64,000 nt of DNA from an uncultured delta proteobacterium (lineage in GTDB: Bacteria; Myxococcota_A; Polyangia; Polyangiales; Polyangiaceae). Position numbers and translations under genes: made by a program. The stretch is taken from NCBI GenBank assembly GCA_963782055.1, contig CAWAIF010000003.1:5696001-5760000 (forward strand), given 5' to 3'. This document shows, piece by piece, positions 19,431-28,476 of this stretch. Positions within the stretch are counted from its first letter, which is position 1. Every line of letters starts with the position of its first letter. The notes under the pieces are model-generated. The model was not told the origin of the DNA, did not search any database, and saw only the letters and a list, made by a program, of their open reading frames with translations.

Positions 19431-19967
19431 ATGGCTCACCCCTGGCACGACATCCCCATCGAGGAGCCGATCGAGGAGGGCTTCCCCGCCTTCATCGAGA
19501 TCCCCAAGGGCTCCAAGGTCAAGTACGAGCTGGACAAGGCCACCGGCCTCTTGAGGGTGGACCGCGTCCTCTTCTCCGCGGTGCACTACCCCGCCAACTA
19601 CGGCTTCATCCCGCGCACCTACTGCGACGACGGCGACCCGCTGGACGTCCTGGTGCTCGGCCAGGAGCCTGTCGTCCCCATGTGCTTGATGCGCGCCCGC
19701 GCCATCGGCGTGATGCAGATGCGCGACGACAAGGGGCTGGACGACAAGGTCATCGCCATCCACCTGGACGACCCGGCGGTCGCCCAGTACACGCACATCC
19801 GGGAGATCCCGCAGCACGTGCTGCGGGAGCTGAGGCGCTTCTTCGAGGACTACAAGATGTTGGAGCGGAAGGAGGTCGTGGTGGACGAGTTCCGCGGTCC
19901 CTTCGAGGCGAACAAGATCCTGCGCGAGGCGATCACCGGCTACCAGAAGCTGCAGCAGAAGAGCTGA
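19431..19967 (+). CDS. ppa: Inorganic pyrophosphatase (family I)
   Basis: [47 protein letters not shown]. Confidence 0.97.
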   Translation: MAHPWHDIPIEEPIEEGFPAFIEIPKGSKVKYELDKATGLLRVDRVLFSAVHYPANYGFIPRTYCDDGDPLDVLVLGQEPVVPMCLMRARAIGVMQMRDDKGLDDKVIAIHLDDPAVAQYTHIREIPQHVLRELRRFFEDYKMLERKEVVVDEFRGPFEANKILREAITGYQKLQQKS

Positions 19968-19974
19968 CGGCGGG

Positions 19975-20559
19975 TCACTTCACGCACTTCGCCGCGCACT
20001 TGCGGTAGTGGGCGTCGCACTTGCGGCACGACTTGCCCTCGCACCCCTGCGAGCAGGTGCGCCACGTATCGCCGCAGCCGTCCACGCACATGCTCCCGGG
20101 GGGCGAGCGCATGAGCCCGCCGGCGTCCTCCACGCCCATCCCGGCGTCGGGCATGGCCTGCACGTCGCCGGCGTCCGCCACCGTCCCGCCATCGCCCACG
20201 GGCACGGTGGTCGGCGGCGGAGCGAAGGCGTTGGTGGGCGCCGGCGAGGCGAGCTGATCGCGCTCATCCACCTCCCCAGGCGCCGCGCGCATCATCGCCT
20301 CGTCGGTGGGGAGGTTGGGCGTGGACAGCGCCTGGTAGCGCGAAGCCGCGTAGTCGACGCGGTCGCGTGTCTGGCCGAAGGTGTGGTGATCCTTCCAGTC
20401 CTTCCAGCACGCCGCCTTGCGCGACATCGCCAGCGTGGCCGACTCGTCCAGCGCGTAGCAGTGCTCGAAGCGCGCGTCGTTCTCGTAGATGGCCTGGAAG
20501 CTGGGGCCGCACGCGACGCACCCGGCGGCGAGGAGCGCGAAGCGGAGCGTGCGAGCCAT
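19975..20559 (-). CDS. Hypothetical Cys-rich lipoprotein
   Basis: Lipobox CVACG; C-terminal CxxxC repeats. Confidence 0.7.
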   Translation of the reverse strand: MARTLRFALLAAGCVACGPSFQAIYENDARFEHCYALDESATLAMSRKAACWKDWKDHHTFGQTRDRVDYAASRYQALSTPNLPTDEAMMRAAPGEVDERDQLASPAPTNAFAPPPTTVPVGDGGTVADAGDVQAMPDAGMGVEDAGGLMRSPPGSMCVDGCGDTWRTCSQGCEGKSCRKCDAHYRKCAAKCVK

Positions 20560-20636
20560 GGCCGGAGTGTCCAGCGCCCACGCCCGCGGCGCAAGGGAGG
20601 CTTTACGCCGCGCGACGGCTTCGCTACCTCCGTGGT

Positions 20637-21233
20637 GTGTTCACCGGTCTCATCGAGGACGTCGGCAAGCTCGCGGCGCGCGCCGCCCGCGGGCCGGGGG
20701 CGCGCCTCACCATCGCCACGCGCCTGGGGCCCCTCGATCCCGGCGAGTCCATCAGCGTGAACGGCGTGTGCCTCACGGTGGACGTCCTCACCGCCCAGGG
20801 CTTCGAGGCGGACGCCTCCGCCGAGACGCTGGACAAGACCACCCTGGGCGAGCTCGCGCCCGGCGCTCGCCTCAACCTGGAGCGGGCGATGGCCGTCGGC
20901 GACCGCCTGGGCGGCCACATCGTCTCCGGCCACGTGGACGGCACCGGGCGGCTGGTCTCGCGCGAGCCGGTGGGAGAGGCGGAGAAGCTGGTCTTCTCTT
21001 TCCCTCCCGAGCTCGGCCGTTTCATCGCCCAGAAGGGCTCGATCGCCGTCAACGGCATCAGCCTGACGGTCAACCACGTGGAGGACGACCGCTTCGACGT
21101 CGTGATCATCCCGCGGACGCAGAAGGAGACCAGCCTGGGCGATGTCTCCCCCGGCGGCAGGGTCAACCTGGAAGTGGACCTGCTCGCGCGCTACCTTCAG
21201 CGCCTCCTCCAGCCGTCCCCCGGCCCGCAGTAG
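20637..21233 (+). CDS. ribE: Riboflavin synthase (alpha chain)
   Basis: (M)FTGLIE N-terminus from GTG 20637, ESISVNGVCLTV, GGHIVSGHVDG, KGSIAVNGISLTVN, VNLEVD. Confidence 0.96.
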   Translation: MFTGLIEDVGKLAARAARGPGARLTIATRLGPLDPGESISVNGVCLTVDVLTAQGFEADASAETLDKTTLGELAPGARLNLERAMAVGDRLGGHIVSGHVDGTGRLVSREPVGEAEKLVFSFPPELGRFIAQKGSIAVNGISLTVNHVEDDRFDVVIIPRTQKETSLGDVSPGGRVNLEVDLLARYLQRLLQPSPGPQ

Positions 21234-21248
21234 ATGCATAATACACCC

Positions 21249-22409
21249 ATGACCGGCGCCCTCAGGCTGGACCCCGATCTCACCGCGCGGGTCAACGGCG
21301 CGATCGAGGACGTGCGCGCGGGCAAGATGGTCATCCTGGTCGATGACGAGGACCGGGAGAACGAGGGCGACCTCTGCCTCGCCGCGGAGTTCGTCACGGC
21401 GGAGGGCATCAACTTCATGGCCACGCACGGGCGCGGCCTCATCTGCGTCACGCTCACCGAGGAGCAGGTGGAGCGGCTGGGCCTGCCCATGATGCAGAGC
21501 CCCGGCCGCGGCGGCCCCCCGCTCGGCACCGCCTTCACCGTGAGCGTGGAGGCGCGACACGGTGTGACGACGGGGATCAGCGCGGCCGACCGCGCGTACA
21601 CCACGCGCCTGGCGGCGAGCCCGGTGTGCCGTCCGGAGGACCTGGTGACGCCCGGGCACGTCTTCCCGCTGCGCGCGCGCAAGGGCGGCGTGCTGGTGCG
21701 CACCGGCCAGACGGAGGGCTCGGTGGACCTCGCGCGCCTCGCCGGGCTCACGCCCGCGGGCGTCATCTGCGAGATCATGAACGACGACGGCACCATGGCC
21801 CGCATGCCGGACCTGGAGGTCTTCGCGAAGAAGCACGGCCTGCGCATCCTGACGGTGGCGGACCTCATCCAGTACCGCCTGCAGACGGAGCGGCTCGTCC
21901 GGCGCGTCGCGGAGAAGCGGCTGGTGCTCGACGCCACCGGCACCGAGTGGAGCGCCTACGTCTACGACAACACCCTCGACGACAGGCAGTTCTTCGCGCT
22001 GGTCAAGGGCGACCTCTCCGGCGAGGAGCCCGTGCTCTGCCGCATGCACGGCGGCTCCATCGTGGCCGACCTCTTCTCCTCCACCCGGCGCGAGGGCGGC
22101 CGCCACCTGCGCGAGGCCATCTCGGCGATCGAGGCGGCTGGCCGCGGCATCGTGGTCTACGTGCCGGCGCGCGGCGGGCTCAAGGAGCAGCTCGACGCGC
22201 ACTCCGCGTCCCCGCCGGCCCCGGCCCCGACGGAGGGCGAGCACCCGCTGCGCGAGTTCGGTCTGGGCGCGCAGGTCCTCGGCGACCTGGGCGCCCGCAA
22301 GCTGCGGCTGCTCACCAACAACCCGCGCAAGATCGCCGGCATCCACGGCTTCGGGCTGGAGGTGGTGGGGAGCGTGCCGCTCGTGTCGATGACGACAGGG
22401 GAAGGCTAG
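21249..22409 (+). CDS. ribB: DHBP synthase fused to a degenerate GTP cyclohydrolase II domain (RibBX-type)
   Basis: DDEDRENEGDL, TTGISAADR, PGHVFPLRA, GQTEGSVDL, VICEIMNDDG; C-terminal domain lacks the zinc Cys ligands; start 21234 or 21249. Confidence 0.92.
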   Translation: MTGALRLDPDLTARVNGAIEDVRAGKMVILVDDEDRENEGDLCLAAEFVTAEGINFMATHGRGLICVTLTEEQVERLGLPMMQSPGRGGPPLGTAFTVSVEARHGVTTGISAADRAYTTRLAASPVCRPEDLVTPGHVFPLRARKGGVLVRTGQTEGSVDLARLAGLTPAGVICEIMNDDGTMARMPDLEVFAKKHGLRILTVADLIQYRLQTERLVRRVAEKRLVLDATGTEWSAYVYDNTLDDRQFFALVKGDLSGEEPVLCRMHGGSIVADLFSSTRREGGRHLREAISAIEAAGRGIVVYVPARGGLKEQLDAHSASPPAPAPTEGEHPLREFGLGAQVLGDLGARKLRLLTNNPRKIAGIHGFGLEVVGSVPLVSMTTGEG

Positions 22410-22412
22410 GTC

Positions 22413-22847
22413 ATGGGCGCGCGCCGCTCCGGCCGCGAGGCCGCCCTGCAGATGCTCTTCCAGATGGAGGCCTCCGGCGCCGACGCCGAGGAGGTCATCC
22501 GCACCTTCTGGCGGAGCTTCGAGGCAGACCCGGAGGGCAAGCCCTACGCGGACGAGCTGGTGCGCGGCGCCGCCGCCCACCTCGCCGAGCTGGACGCGAC
22601 CATCATCGCGGCCGCCGACAACTGGCGGCTGGAGCGCATGACGCGCCTGGACCGCAACCTGCTGCGGCTCGGCGTCTTCGAGCTCGCGCACCGCGCGGAC
22701 GTGCCGCGCGCGGTGATCCTGGACGAGGCGGTGGAGCTCGCCAAGTCCTTCGGGGCGGAGGGCTCCGGCGCCTTCGTCAACGGCGTGCTCGCGCGCGTGG
22801 CGGACGAGCTGGGTCGCAAGGACTCCGACCGGGGGCCGCGGGTCTGA
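22413..22847 (+). CDS. nusB: Transcription antitermination factor NusB
   Basis: RRSGREAALQMLFQ, NWRLERMTRLDRNLLRLG, DEAVELAKSFG, FVNGVL. Confidence 0.96.
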   Translation: MGARRSGREAALQMLFQMEASGADAEEVIRTFWRSFEADPEGKPYADELVRGAAAHLAELDATIIAAADNWRLERMTRLDRNLLRLGVFELAHRADVPRAVILDEAVELAKSFGAEGSGAFVNGVLARVADELGRKDSDRGPRV

Positions 22848-23365
22848 TGGAGCTGAAGATCGTCCCGCCCGACCTGCGCCGCCTCGACGAGACGAGCGCG
22901 GAGATCGTCGCGTGCGGCGTCTGGGAAGACCGCTGGCCGATGCGCGGCCTCGCCGGGCTACTCGACTGGCGCCTCGCCGGCCGGCTGAGCGAGCTGGCCA
23001 AGGCGGGCTTCCTCAAGGGCGAGCACGGCGAGGCGCTGCTGGTGCCCGGCCGCCCGCGCGTGCCCTACGAGAAGGTGCTGCTGCTCGGGCTGGGCCCGCG
23101 CTCCGGCTTCGGCGACGGCACCTGCCGGGAGGCGATCCGCCGGCTGCTCGACGCGCTGACGGGGCTGAAGATCCGGCGCGCCGTCGTGGAGATCCCCGGC
23201 CGCTGCGACGGCACGCTGGAGCCGGCGCGCGCGGCGGAGCTGGTGGCGGAGCTGGTCATGGGCTCGGAGGATCAGGACGCGTGGTGGGTGGTGGACAGCG
23301 AGGACGCGGCGAAGGCGATCACCCGCCTCGCGCAGGAAGACCGCCGGCGCTCGCGGAGGGGCTGA
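22847..23365 (+). CDS. Stand-alone leucyl aminopeptidase (M17) N-terminal-domain protein
   Basis: PMRGLAGLLDWRLAGRLS..GEALLVP..KVLLLGLG; translationally coupled (TGATG); no catalytic domain. Confidence 0.75.
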   Translation: MELKIVPPDLRRLDETSAEIVACGVWEDRWPMRGLAGLLDWRLAGRLSELAKAGFLKGEHGEALLVPGRPRVPYEKVLLLGLGPRSGFGDGTCREAIRRLLDALTGLKIRRAVVEIPGRCDGTLEPARAAELVAELVMGSEDQDAWWVVDSEDAAKAITRLAQEDRRRSRRG

Positions 23366-24237
23366 TGCTGGACCTCGACCCCGCGCGCGAAGGCCCTGCC
23401 CCCGCCCCGGCGGCCACGCTGGTGCTCGTGCGTGACGGGGCGGAGGGCCTGGAGGTCTTCTGCGTGGAGCGCAACAAGAAGAGCCGCTTCCTCGGCGGGG
23501 CGATCGTCTTCCCCGGCGGGCGCCTCGACCCGACCGACGCCGACGCGAGCTGGGCCGCGCTCGGCACCGCGCCGCCCGCCCCCCGCGACGAGCTGGCGGC
23601 GGACGAGGCCGCGCTGCGCGCGCTGTGCGTGACGGCGTGCCGCGAGACGCTGGAGGAGGCGGCGTTGCTGCTCGCCACGGGCGGCGTGCCCGACGCCGAC
23701 GTCGTCGCGCTGCGCGGCGCGCACGCCGCCGATCCCTCCTCGCTGCGCCGCTTCCTGCAGGAGCGCGGGCTGCGGCTGGACCTCGCCGCGCTCCACCCGC
23801 TCGCGCGGTGGGTCACTCCGAGGGTGGAGTCGCGCCGCTTCGACGCGCGCTTCTTCGTCGCGCGCGCGCCGGAGGGCCAGCGCGGCCTGCACGACATGAC
23901 CGAGACGATGGCGAGCTTCTGGGCGACGCCGCGCGCGGTGCTGGGCCGCTTCGACCGCAGCGAGGTGCAGCTCGCGCCACCCACGCACCGCACGCTGGAG
24001 GTCCTGTCGGGCGCGGCGGACGCAGCCGCGGCGCTCGCCCTCGCCGACGCCACGCCCATCCTGCCCATCTGCCCCGAGCTGGTGATGCAAGAGGAGGCAG
24101 GCGGTCAGACCCTCGCGCTGGTGCTGCCGGGCGATCCGGAGCACTCCGTGCGGTCGACGAGGGTCCCCGGCGCGTCCCGCTACGTCCTGCGCGGCGAGCA
24201 CTGGCGCCCATCCTCCGGCCGCACGCCCGACGCGTAG
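23365..24237 (+). CDS. NUDIX hydrolase (NUDT19-like)
   Basis: PAATLVLVRD, IVFPGGRLD, ACRETLEEAAL, RWVTP..RRFDARFF, LAPPT; coupled start TGATG. Confidence 0.88.
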   Translation: MLDLDPAREGPAPAPAATLVLVRDGAEGLEVFCVERNKKSRFLGGAIVFPGGRLDPTDADASWAALGTAPPAPRDELAADEAALRALCVTACRETLEEAALLLATGGVPDADVVALRGAHAADPSSLRRFLQERGLRLDLAALHPLARWVTPRVESRRFDARFFVARAPEGQRGLHDMTETMASFWATPRAVLGRFDRSEVQLAPPTHRTLEVLSGAADAAAALALADATPILPICPELVMQEEAGGQTLALVLPGDPEHSVRSTRVPGASRYVLRGEHWRPSSGRTPDA

Positions 24238-24313
24238 CGGAGGGCCCGCGTGGAGGGGCCCGCCCGACTACGTGGGCGTGGAGGGGCGGGGCGTGCCCCT
24301 CCTACGAACCTGT

Positions 24314-24349
24314 GTGAGAGGGACGTGAAGGAAGTTCACGTCCTCTCAC
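24314..24349. terminator. Long hairpin between convergent genes
   Basis: GTGAGAGGGACGTGAA / TTCACGTCCTCTCAC, 15-bp stem with one bulge. Confidence 0.6.
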
Positions 24350-25062
24350 GGAGCGCCGTTCTTCTTCGCCAGCGCGATCACCGCGGGGTCGGGGCCGCCG
24401 TACCCCTCCACGTAGTCGGTGATCACCATCGTGCGGGGGTCGACCAGCACGTTCACCGGCAGGCCGATGGTGCCGGCGTGCGCGAAGGTGAACGTCGGGT
24501 CGGCGCCGACGATGAGGTCGTCCTTCAGATTGAAGTAGTCGCGCCAGTCGGTCGCTGTGGAGATGCTCGCCGGCTTCTGGCTCGCGTCCTGCACCATCAG
24601 GGTGAGAAACTGCACGCCCTCGTCCTTGTACTGCTGCGCGATGCTCGGGTACTCCTGCGCCTCCTGCTGGCAGGCGCCGCACCACGTGGCCGACTCGTCG
24701 AAGACGATGGCGTTGATGCCCTTGGTGCCGTCGCAGTCGTAGAGATCGTGGATGTCGACTGTGGTGACGTCGGTCGCGCCGATCAGGTAGCCCTGCCAGT
24801 GCAGGCCCGGCGGGAGGACGCGGCCCTTGACCAGGCCGTAAGGGCCTTGCGGATACTCGCACGCGGGCGGCGCGGGCTCGTCCTGCGTGGCGGCGTCGTC
24901 CGCCGTGGCGCCGCCGTCGTCGCCGCTCGCCGTGCCGGCGTCGTTGTCGCCGCCGTTGCCGTTGCCGTTGTTGTTCCCGCCGCCGCCGTCGGAGCAGCCC
25001 GCCACGAGCACGCCCGCCGACACCAGCGCCATCACCCCGACCCACGCCTTGAGGACACTCAT
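24346..25062 (-). CDS. Thioredoxin-fold (TlpA/redoxin-like) lipoprotein
   Basis: Lipobox LVAGC, SATWCGAC active site, GLPVNVLVDPRTM cis-Pro loop. Confidence 0.85.
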   Translation of the reverse strand: MSVLKAWVGVMALVSAGVLVAGCSDGGGGNNNGNGNGGDNDAGTASGDDGGATADDAATQDEPAPPACEYPQGPYGLVKGRVLPPGLHWQGYLIGATDVTTVDIHDLYDCDGTKGINAIVFDESATWCGACQQEAQEYPSIAQQYKDEGVQFLTLMVQDASQKPASISTATDWRDYFNLKDDLIVGADPTFTFAHAGTIGLPVNVLVDPRTMVITDYVEGYGGPDPAVIALAKKNGAP

Positions 25063-25297
25063 CGTTTGCACCCCGAAGCTCGACGTTGGCAGCGCACGGC
25101 CGCGCTGGCAAGCGCATTTCACGCTGACCTGGTGCGTCGACGCAGTCACCTCGCAACTTTGCCGTGACGCCGCATCTCCATGTCCGGAGCGTCCGGCCTG
25201 GCCAACAGCCCGGCCCGTGCGGGGCCTGCCGAGCACGACCTGGGAGCGGCGATCGTCAGCATGCTCACGGTCCATCGCTCCAGCGCGTCGTGCGACC

Positions 25298-25936
25298 TCA
25301 TGCCCGTCGCCGGCCGGGGACGAAGGGCTCGAGCATGGCCGCTGGCCACTCGAAGGGGTCGCCGGAGTCCCGCCGCTGCTCGGCCCGCCACCGCGCTTCC
25401 ACCCGCTCGCGCTGGTCACGCTGCCTCCAGCCGGAGAACGTGGTGTCGCCCTCCGCCGGGTGAAGCGTGGCGACGTCACCGAACGCCGTCCGAAGCCGGT
25501 CGTGAAGCTTCGTGAGCCACCGGCGCGCGCGCCCGCACGCCTTGGGGTGCGGCCAGTGATGCTCGTCCGCCGAGAGCGCGGAGTCCGTGGTGAGGTCGAT
25601 GAGCCCTGTGCGCACCAGGCTCCTGAACGCCCTCGACACGCGACGGCGTCCCTCCGTCGTGAGCCGGACGTCGACCTGTCGCATATCGTCGAGCGGGGGC
25701 AGGCGCTCGACGAGGCCGATGGCCTGAAGCGAGCTGACCATGCGGCTGACGGTGGAGCGCGCCACGCCGAGCCCCTTGCGCAGATCGCTCTGGTAGCAGA
25801 AGTGATGCGGCGTCCGGAGCAGCGCGCAGAGCAGGTCGAAGCGCGCCGGAGTGAGCCCGAAGCGCGCGAGCAGCCGCCGCGTCACGCGCAGCGTCGCGTA
25901 GTACGCCCGCTTGGTACCGAAGAGGAGAGGTGTCAT
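25298..25936 (-). CDS. MarR-family winged-helix regulator with C-terminal extension (copy B)
   Basis: GLTPARFDLL..QSDLRKGLGVARSTVSRMVSSLQAIGLV..VRLTTEGR; clear paralog of 821-1396. Confidence 0.85.
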   Translation of the reverse strand: MTPLLFGTKRAYYATLRVTRRLLARFGLTPARFDLLCALLRTPHHFCYQSDLRKGLGVARSTVSRMVSSLQAIGLVERLPPLDDMRQVDVRLTTEGRRRVSRAFRSLVRTGLIDLTTDSALSADEHHWPHPKACGRARRWLTKLHDRLRTAFGDVATLHPAEGDTTFSGWRQRDQRERVEARWRAEQRRDSGDPFEWPAAMLEPFVPGRRRA

Positions 25937-25949
25937 GACACCCTCCCAG

Positions 25950-26070
25950 AGCACCGTCCGTGCCACCCCCCCCTTCCCCACACACGCCCGGGAAAGACGG
26001 CCCGTGCGTTGGCATGCGAACGATCGGAGGGTGTCCCCGGACAGCGGGGGGGTGTCCCCGGGACAGGGGG
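25950..26070 (-). promoter_or_regulatory. Sigma54-type promoter (TGGCAC-N5-GTGCT) with two upstream TGTCC-N-GGACAC palindromes
   Basis: Minus strand TGGCACGGACGGTGCT (25965-25950); tandem CTGTCC(C)GGGGACACC at about 26030-26044 and 26051-26066. Confidence 0.7.
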
Positions 26071-26080
26071 CGGCGGGGGG

Positions 26081-27883
26081 TCAGCGACCCTCGCGGTAGG
26101 CGCGCACGGCGTTGGCGAGCGCGTCGGCCAGCGCCTCGCGGTAGGAGTCGCTCGCGAGGCGCTTCTCCTCCGTCGGGTTGGAGATGTAGCTCGTCTCGAA
26201 GAGCACCGCAGGCATCCGCGCCCCCACCAGCACGTAGAAGCCCGCGGGATGGACGCCGCCGTCCTTCTCGTCCGGCCAGCTCGCGTGGAGCGAGCCCATC
26301 GCAGCCTTCTGGAGCAGCTCCGCGAGCCGCGTCGAGTGGCTCGCCTGATCCGCCAGTCGCATGCTCGCGAGGATGGATCCGAGCTCGGCGTTGGCCCCCT
26401 CGCTGGTGGCGTTCTCGCGGGCGGCGACGCGCGCCGCGATGTCGTCCTTCGTCGTGTCGAGGACGTAGGTCTCGACGCCGTGACGCGCGTGGTTCTCCGC
26501 GGCGTTGCAGTGGATGGAGACGAACAGGTCGGCCGCGAGCTGGTTCGCGCGCGCCGTGCGCGCCTCCAGCGTCACGTAGCGGTCGTCGTCGCGCGTGAGC
26601 ACGACCTCCAGCCCCGCCTCGCCGAGGACGCGCGCCGCCTTCTTTGCGATGTCCAGGGTGACGTCCTTCTCCTTCAGCCCGTCGGGGCCGCTGGCGCCGG
26701 AGTCGTTGCCGCCGTGACCGGGGTCGAGCACCACCCGCTGCACGCGACGGCTGCCCACGTCGCCGGCGCCGGGCGGACGGCGCGCCACGTCGACCACCAC
26801 GCGGTACGGCTCGAGCAGATGGAAGACCCGCCGGTAGGCCTGTCCCCCGTCCAGGTCCAGCGTGACGCGCGTGCCCGTGGTGGTCGGGTCGACGCGCACG
26901 CCGGTGACGATGCCGCTCCCCGGCGTGCTGCGCGCCGCGCCTCCAAGGTCCACGCCGTCCAGCTCGACGAAGGTGCGCCGCGCGCCGCCGCCCTGCGCCA
27001 CCTCGTCACCGGCGCGGAACGTCGCCGGCTTGCTCAGCACGATGACGACGCGCGCCGAGTCGCGCCCCGGCCAGTGCTCCACGCGGACCACGTGCGCGGG
27101 CCCGGGCACCGGCACCGCCCCCGCGTCGTACCCGGAGGTGGCCGCGGCCCCGAGCGCGCCCTCCGCCGCGAGCGCCGCGTCGATCGCCGAGAGCACGCGC
27201 GCGGGAGGCCGGAACGGCGCGACGGCGGCGAGCAGCTTCTCCGCCGCCGGGCAGCCGGCACCGGCCGGGGGGGCAGCGCCGTCCGCCGCGGCGGCCCCCG
27301 CGCCACCGGGAGCCCTCGCGAACCGCCGCGTCACGCGATAGAGCTCCTCGTAGGTGGTCTGCGCGTCCCGCGCCGCGTCCCCGGCGAGCACCGCGGCCCG
27401 CACCGCCGCGTCGCACGCACCCGGCAGCTTCGGATCGTGCGCGGCCGCGCCGTATGCGAGCGCCGCCTCCTTCGCGTCCTGCTCCTGCCCCTCCGTCCGG
27501 TAGACGCGCTCGAAGATCCGCCCGGCCAGGGCATGGAGCTCCAGCGCCCGCGCCCCCGCGCCCTCCTTGTCCGCCTGCGCTTGCACGCTCTCGGCCAGCG
27601 CCAGCGCCTCCGGCCGCGGGGGGAGCGACGGGGCCGCCAGGAGCGCCTTTCCGCGCTCCAGCATCGCGGCTGTCGGGTCCGGCACGCCGGCGTCGGCCTT
27701 GTCGTGCGTCCCGCAGGCGCAGGCGAGCACCAGGGTCGCCGCGAGGGCGCGCAGGCCCGCAAAGGCCGGGGGTCTCCGCCGCCCTTTCGAGCGCGCCGAC
27801 CTCGATGTATCCTCGGTTCGGTTCAAAGCGACGCTTTCGCTTTCGGATGAAGAGGAGCGCCCCGTGTCCAATGATGCCGCCAA
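26081..27883 (-). CDS. N-acetylmuramoyl-L-alanine amidase (Amidase_3 with AMIN-like domains, lipoprotein); start uncertain
   Basis: VVLDPGHGGND, LKEKDVTL, LTRDDD, DLFVSIHCNA, GFYVLVGARMPAVLFETSYISN; lipobox-like LACACG. Confidence 0.9.
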   Translation of the reverse strand: MAASLDTGRSSSSESESVALNRTEDTSRSARSKGRRRPPAFAGLRALAATLVLACACGTHDKADAGVPDPTAAMLERGKALLAAPSLPPRPEALALAESVQAQADKEGAGARALELHALAGRIFERVYRTEGQEQDAKEAALAYGAAAHDPKLPGACDAAVRAAVLAGDAARDAQTTYEELYRVTRRFARAPGGAGAAAADGAAPPAGAGCPAAEKLLAAVAPFRPPARVLSAIDAALAAEGALGAAATSGYDAGAVPVPGPAHVVRVEHWPGRDSARVVIVLSKPATFRAGDEVAQGGGARRTFVELDGVDLGGAARSTPGSGIVTGVRVDPTTTGTRVTLDLDGGQAYRRVFHLLEPYRVVVDVARRPPGAGDVGSRRVQRVVLDPGHGGNDSGASGPDGLKEKDVTLDIAKKAARVLGEAGLEVVLTRDDDRYVTLEARTARANQLAADLFVSIHCNAAENHARHGVETYVLDTTKDDIAARVAARENATSEGANAELGSILASMRLADQASHSTRLAELLQKAAMGSLHASWPDEKDGGVHPAGFYVLVGARMPAVLFETSYISNPTEEKRLASDSYREALADALANAVRAYREGR

Positions 27884-28331
27884 CCCTGCCGTCTACGCCG
27901 ATCGCTCGACGGGTCAAGTCTTCCCGGACGCGCAGGCCATGGTCAACGCGTACCTCGCGCGCTTCGCCGAGCGCGCCGGCACCACGCTCGAGCCACTCGA
28001 CGCCTCCGGCTACACGCAGGTGCGCAAGGGCTCGGCCAGCGTGGGCATCAACGTGCTCGACGACCATGGCGTTCTCCTGCTCCTCGCCCCTGTGATGAAG
28101 GTCCCGCACACCGGCCGGGAGACCTTCTACCGCCGCCTGCTCGAGCTGTCCTTCATCGCCACCAGCGACGCGGCCTTCAGCATCGACGGCCAGAAGGACG
28201 AGGTGTACGTCCGCGCGCTGCGCCGCCTCTCCGGCCTGGATTACGAGGAGTTCGAGGATCTGGTGGACACCGTCGGCAAGGTGACCGACGAGTGGGACGA
28301 CACGCTCCGCAAGGAGTTCGAGCAGTCCTGA
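27864..28331 (+). CDS. CesT/Tir-chaperone (YbjN-like) fold protein
   Basis: Small acidic protein; LDASG, FYRRLLELSF, AAFSID, LDYEEFEDLV; AGGAG RBS before GTG 27864. Confidence 0.7.
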   Translation: MSNDAANPAVYADRSTGQVFPDAQAMVNAYLARFAERAGTTLEPLDASGYTQVRKGSASVGINVLDDHGVLLLLAPVMKVPHTGRETFYRRLLELSFIATSDAAFSIDGQKDEVYVRALRRLSGLDYEEFEDLVDTVGKVTDEWDDTLRKEFEQS

Positions 28332-28476
28332 CGCAAAGATCGGAGCCCGCTGCAAAGCGCGGCGGAGGGCGCGTCGCGGGTCGCGAGCCGGCTCGTCGGT
28401 GCTACACTTTCCTTCGTGCTCCCGCGGGCTTCGGCGCGCGAGAACTTTCTTGCATCCTGCACGTAGAGGTCAGGCG

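Noticed and set aside
24238..24303. Repeated GTGGAGGGGC units with small hairpins as a REP family
   Set aside because: No convincing second copy found elsewhere in the window; cannot be separated from ordinary terminator hairpins without the genome
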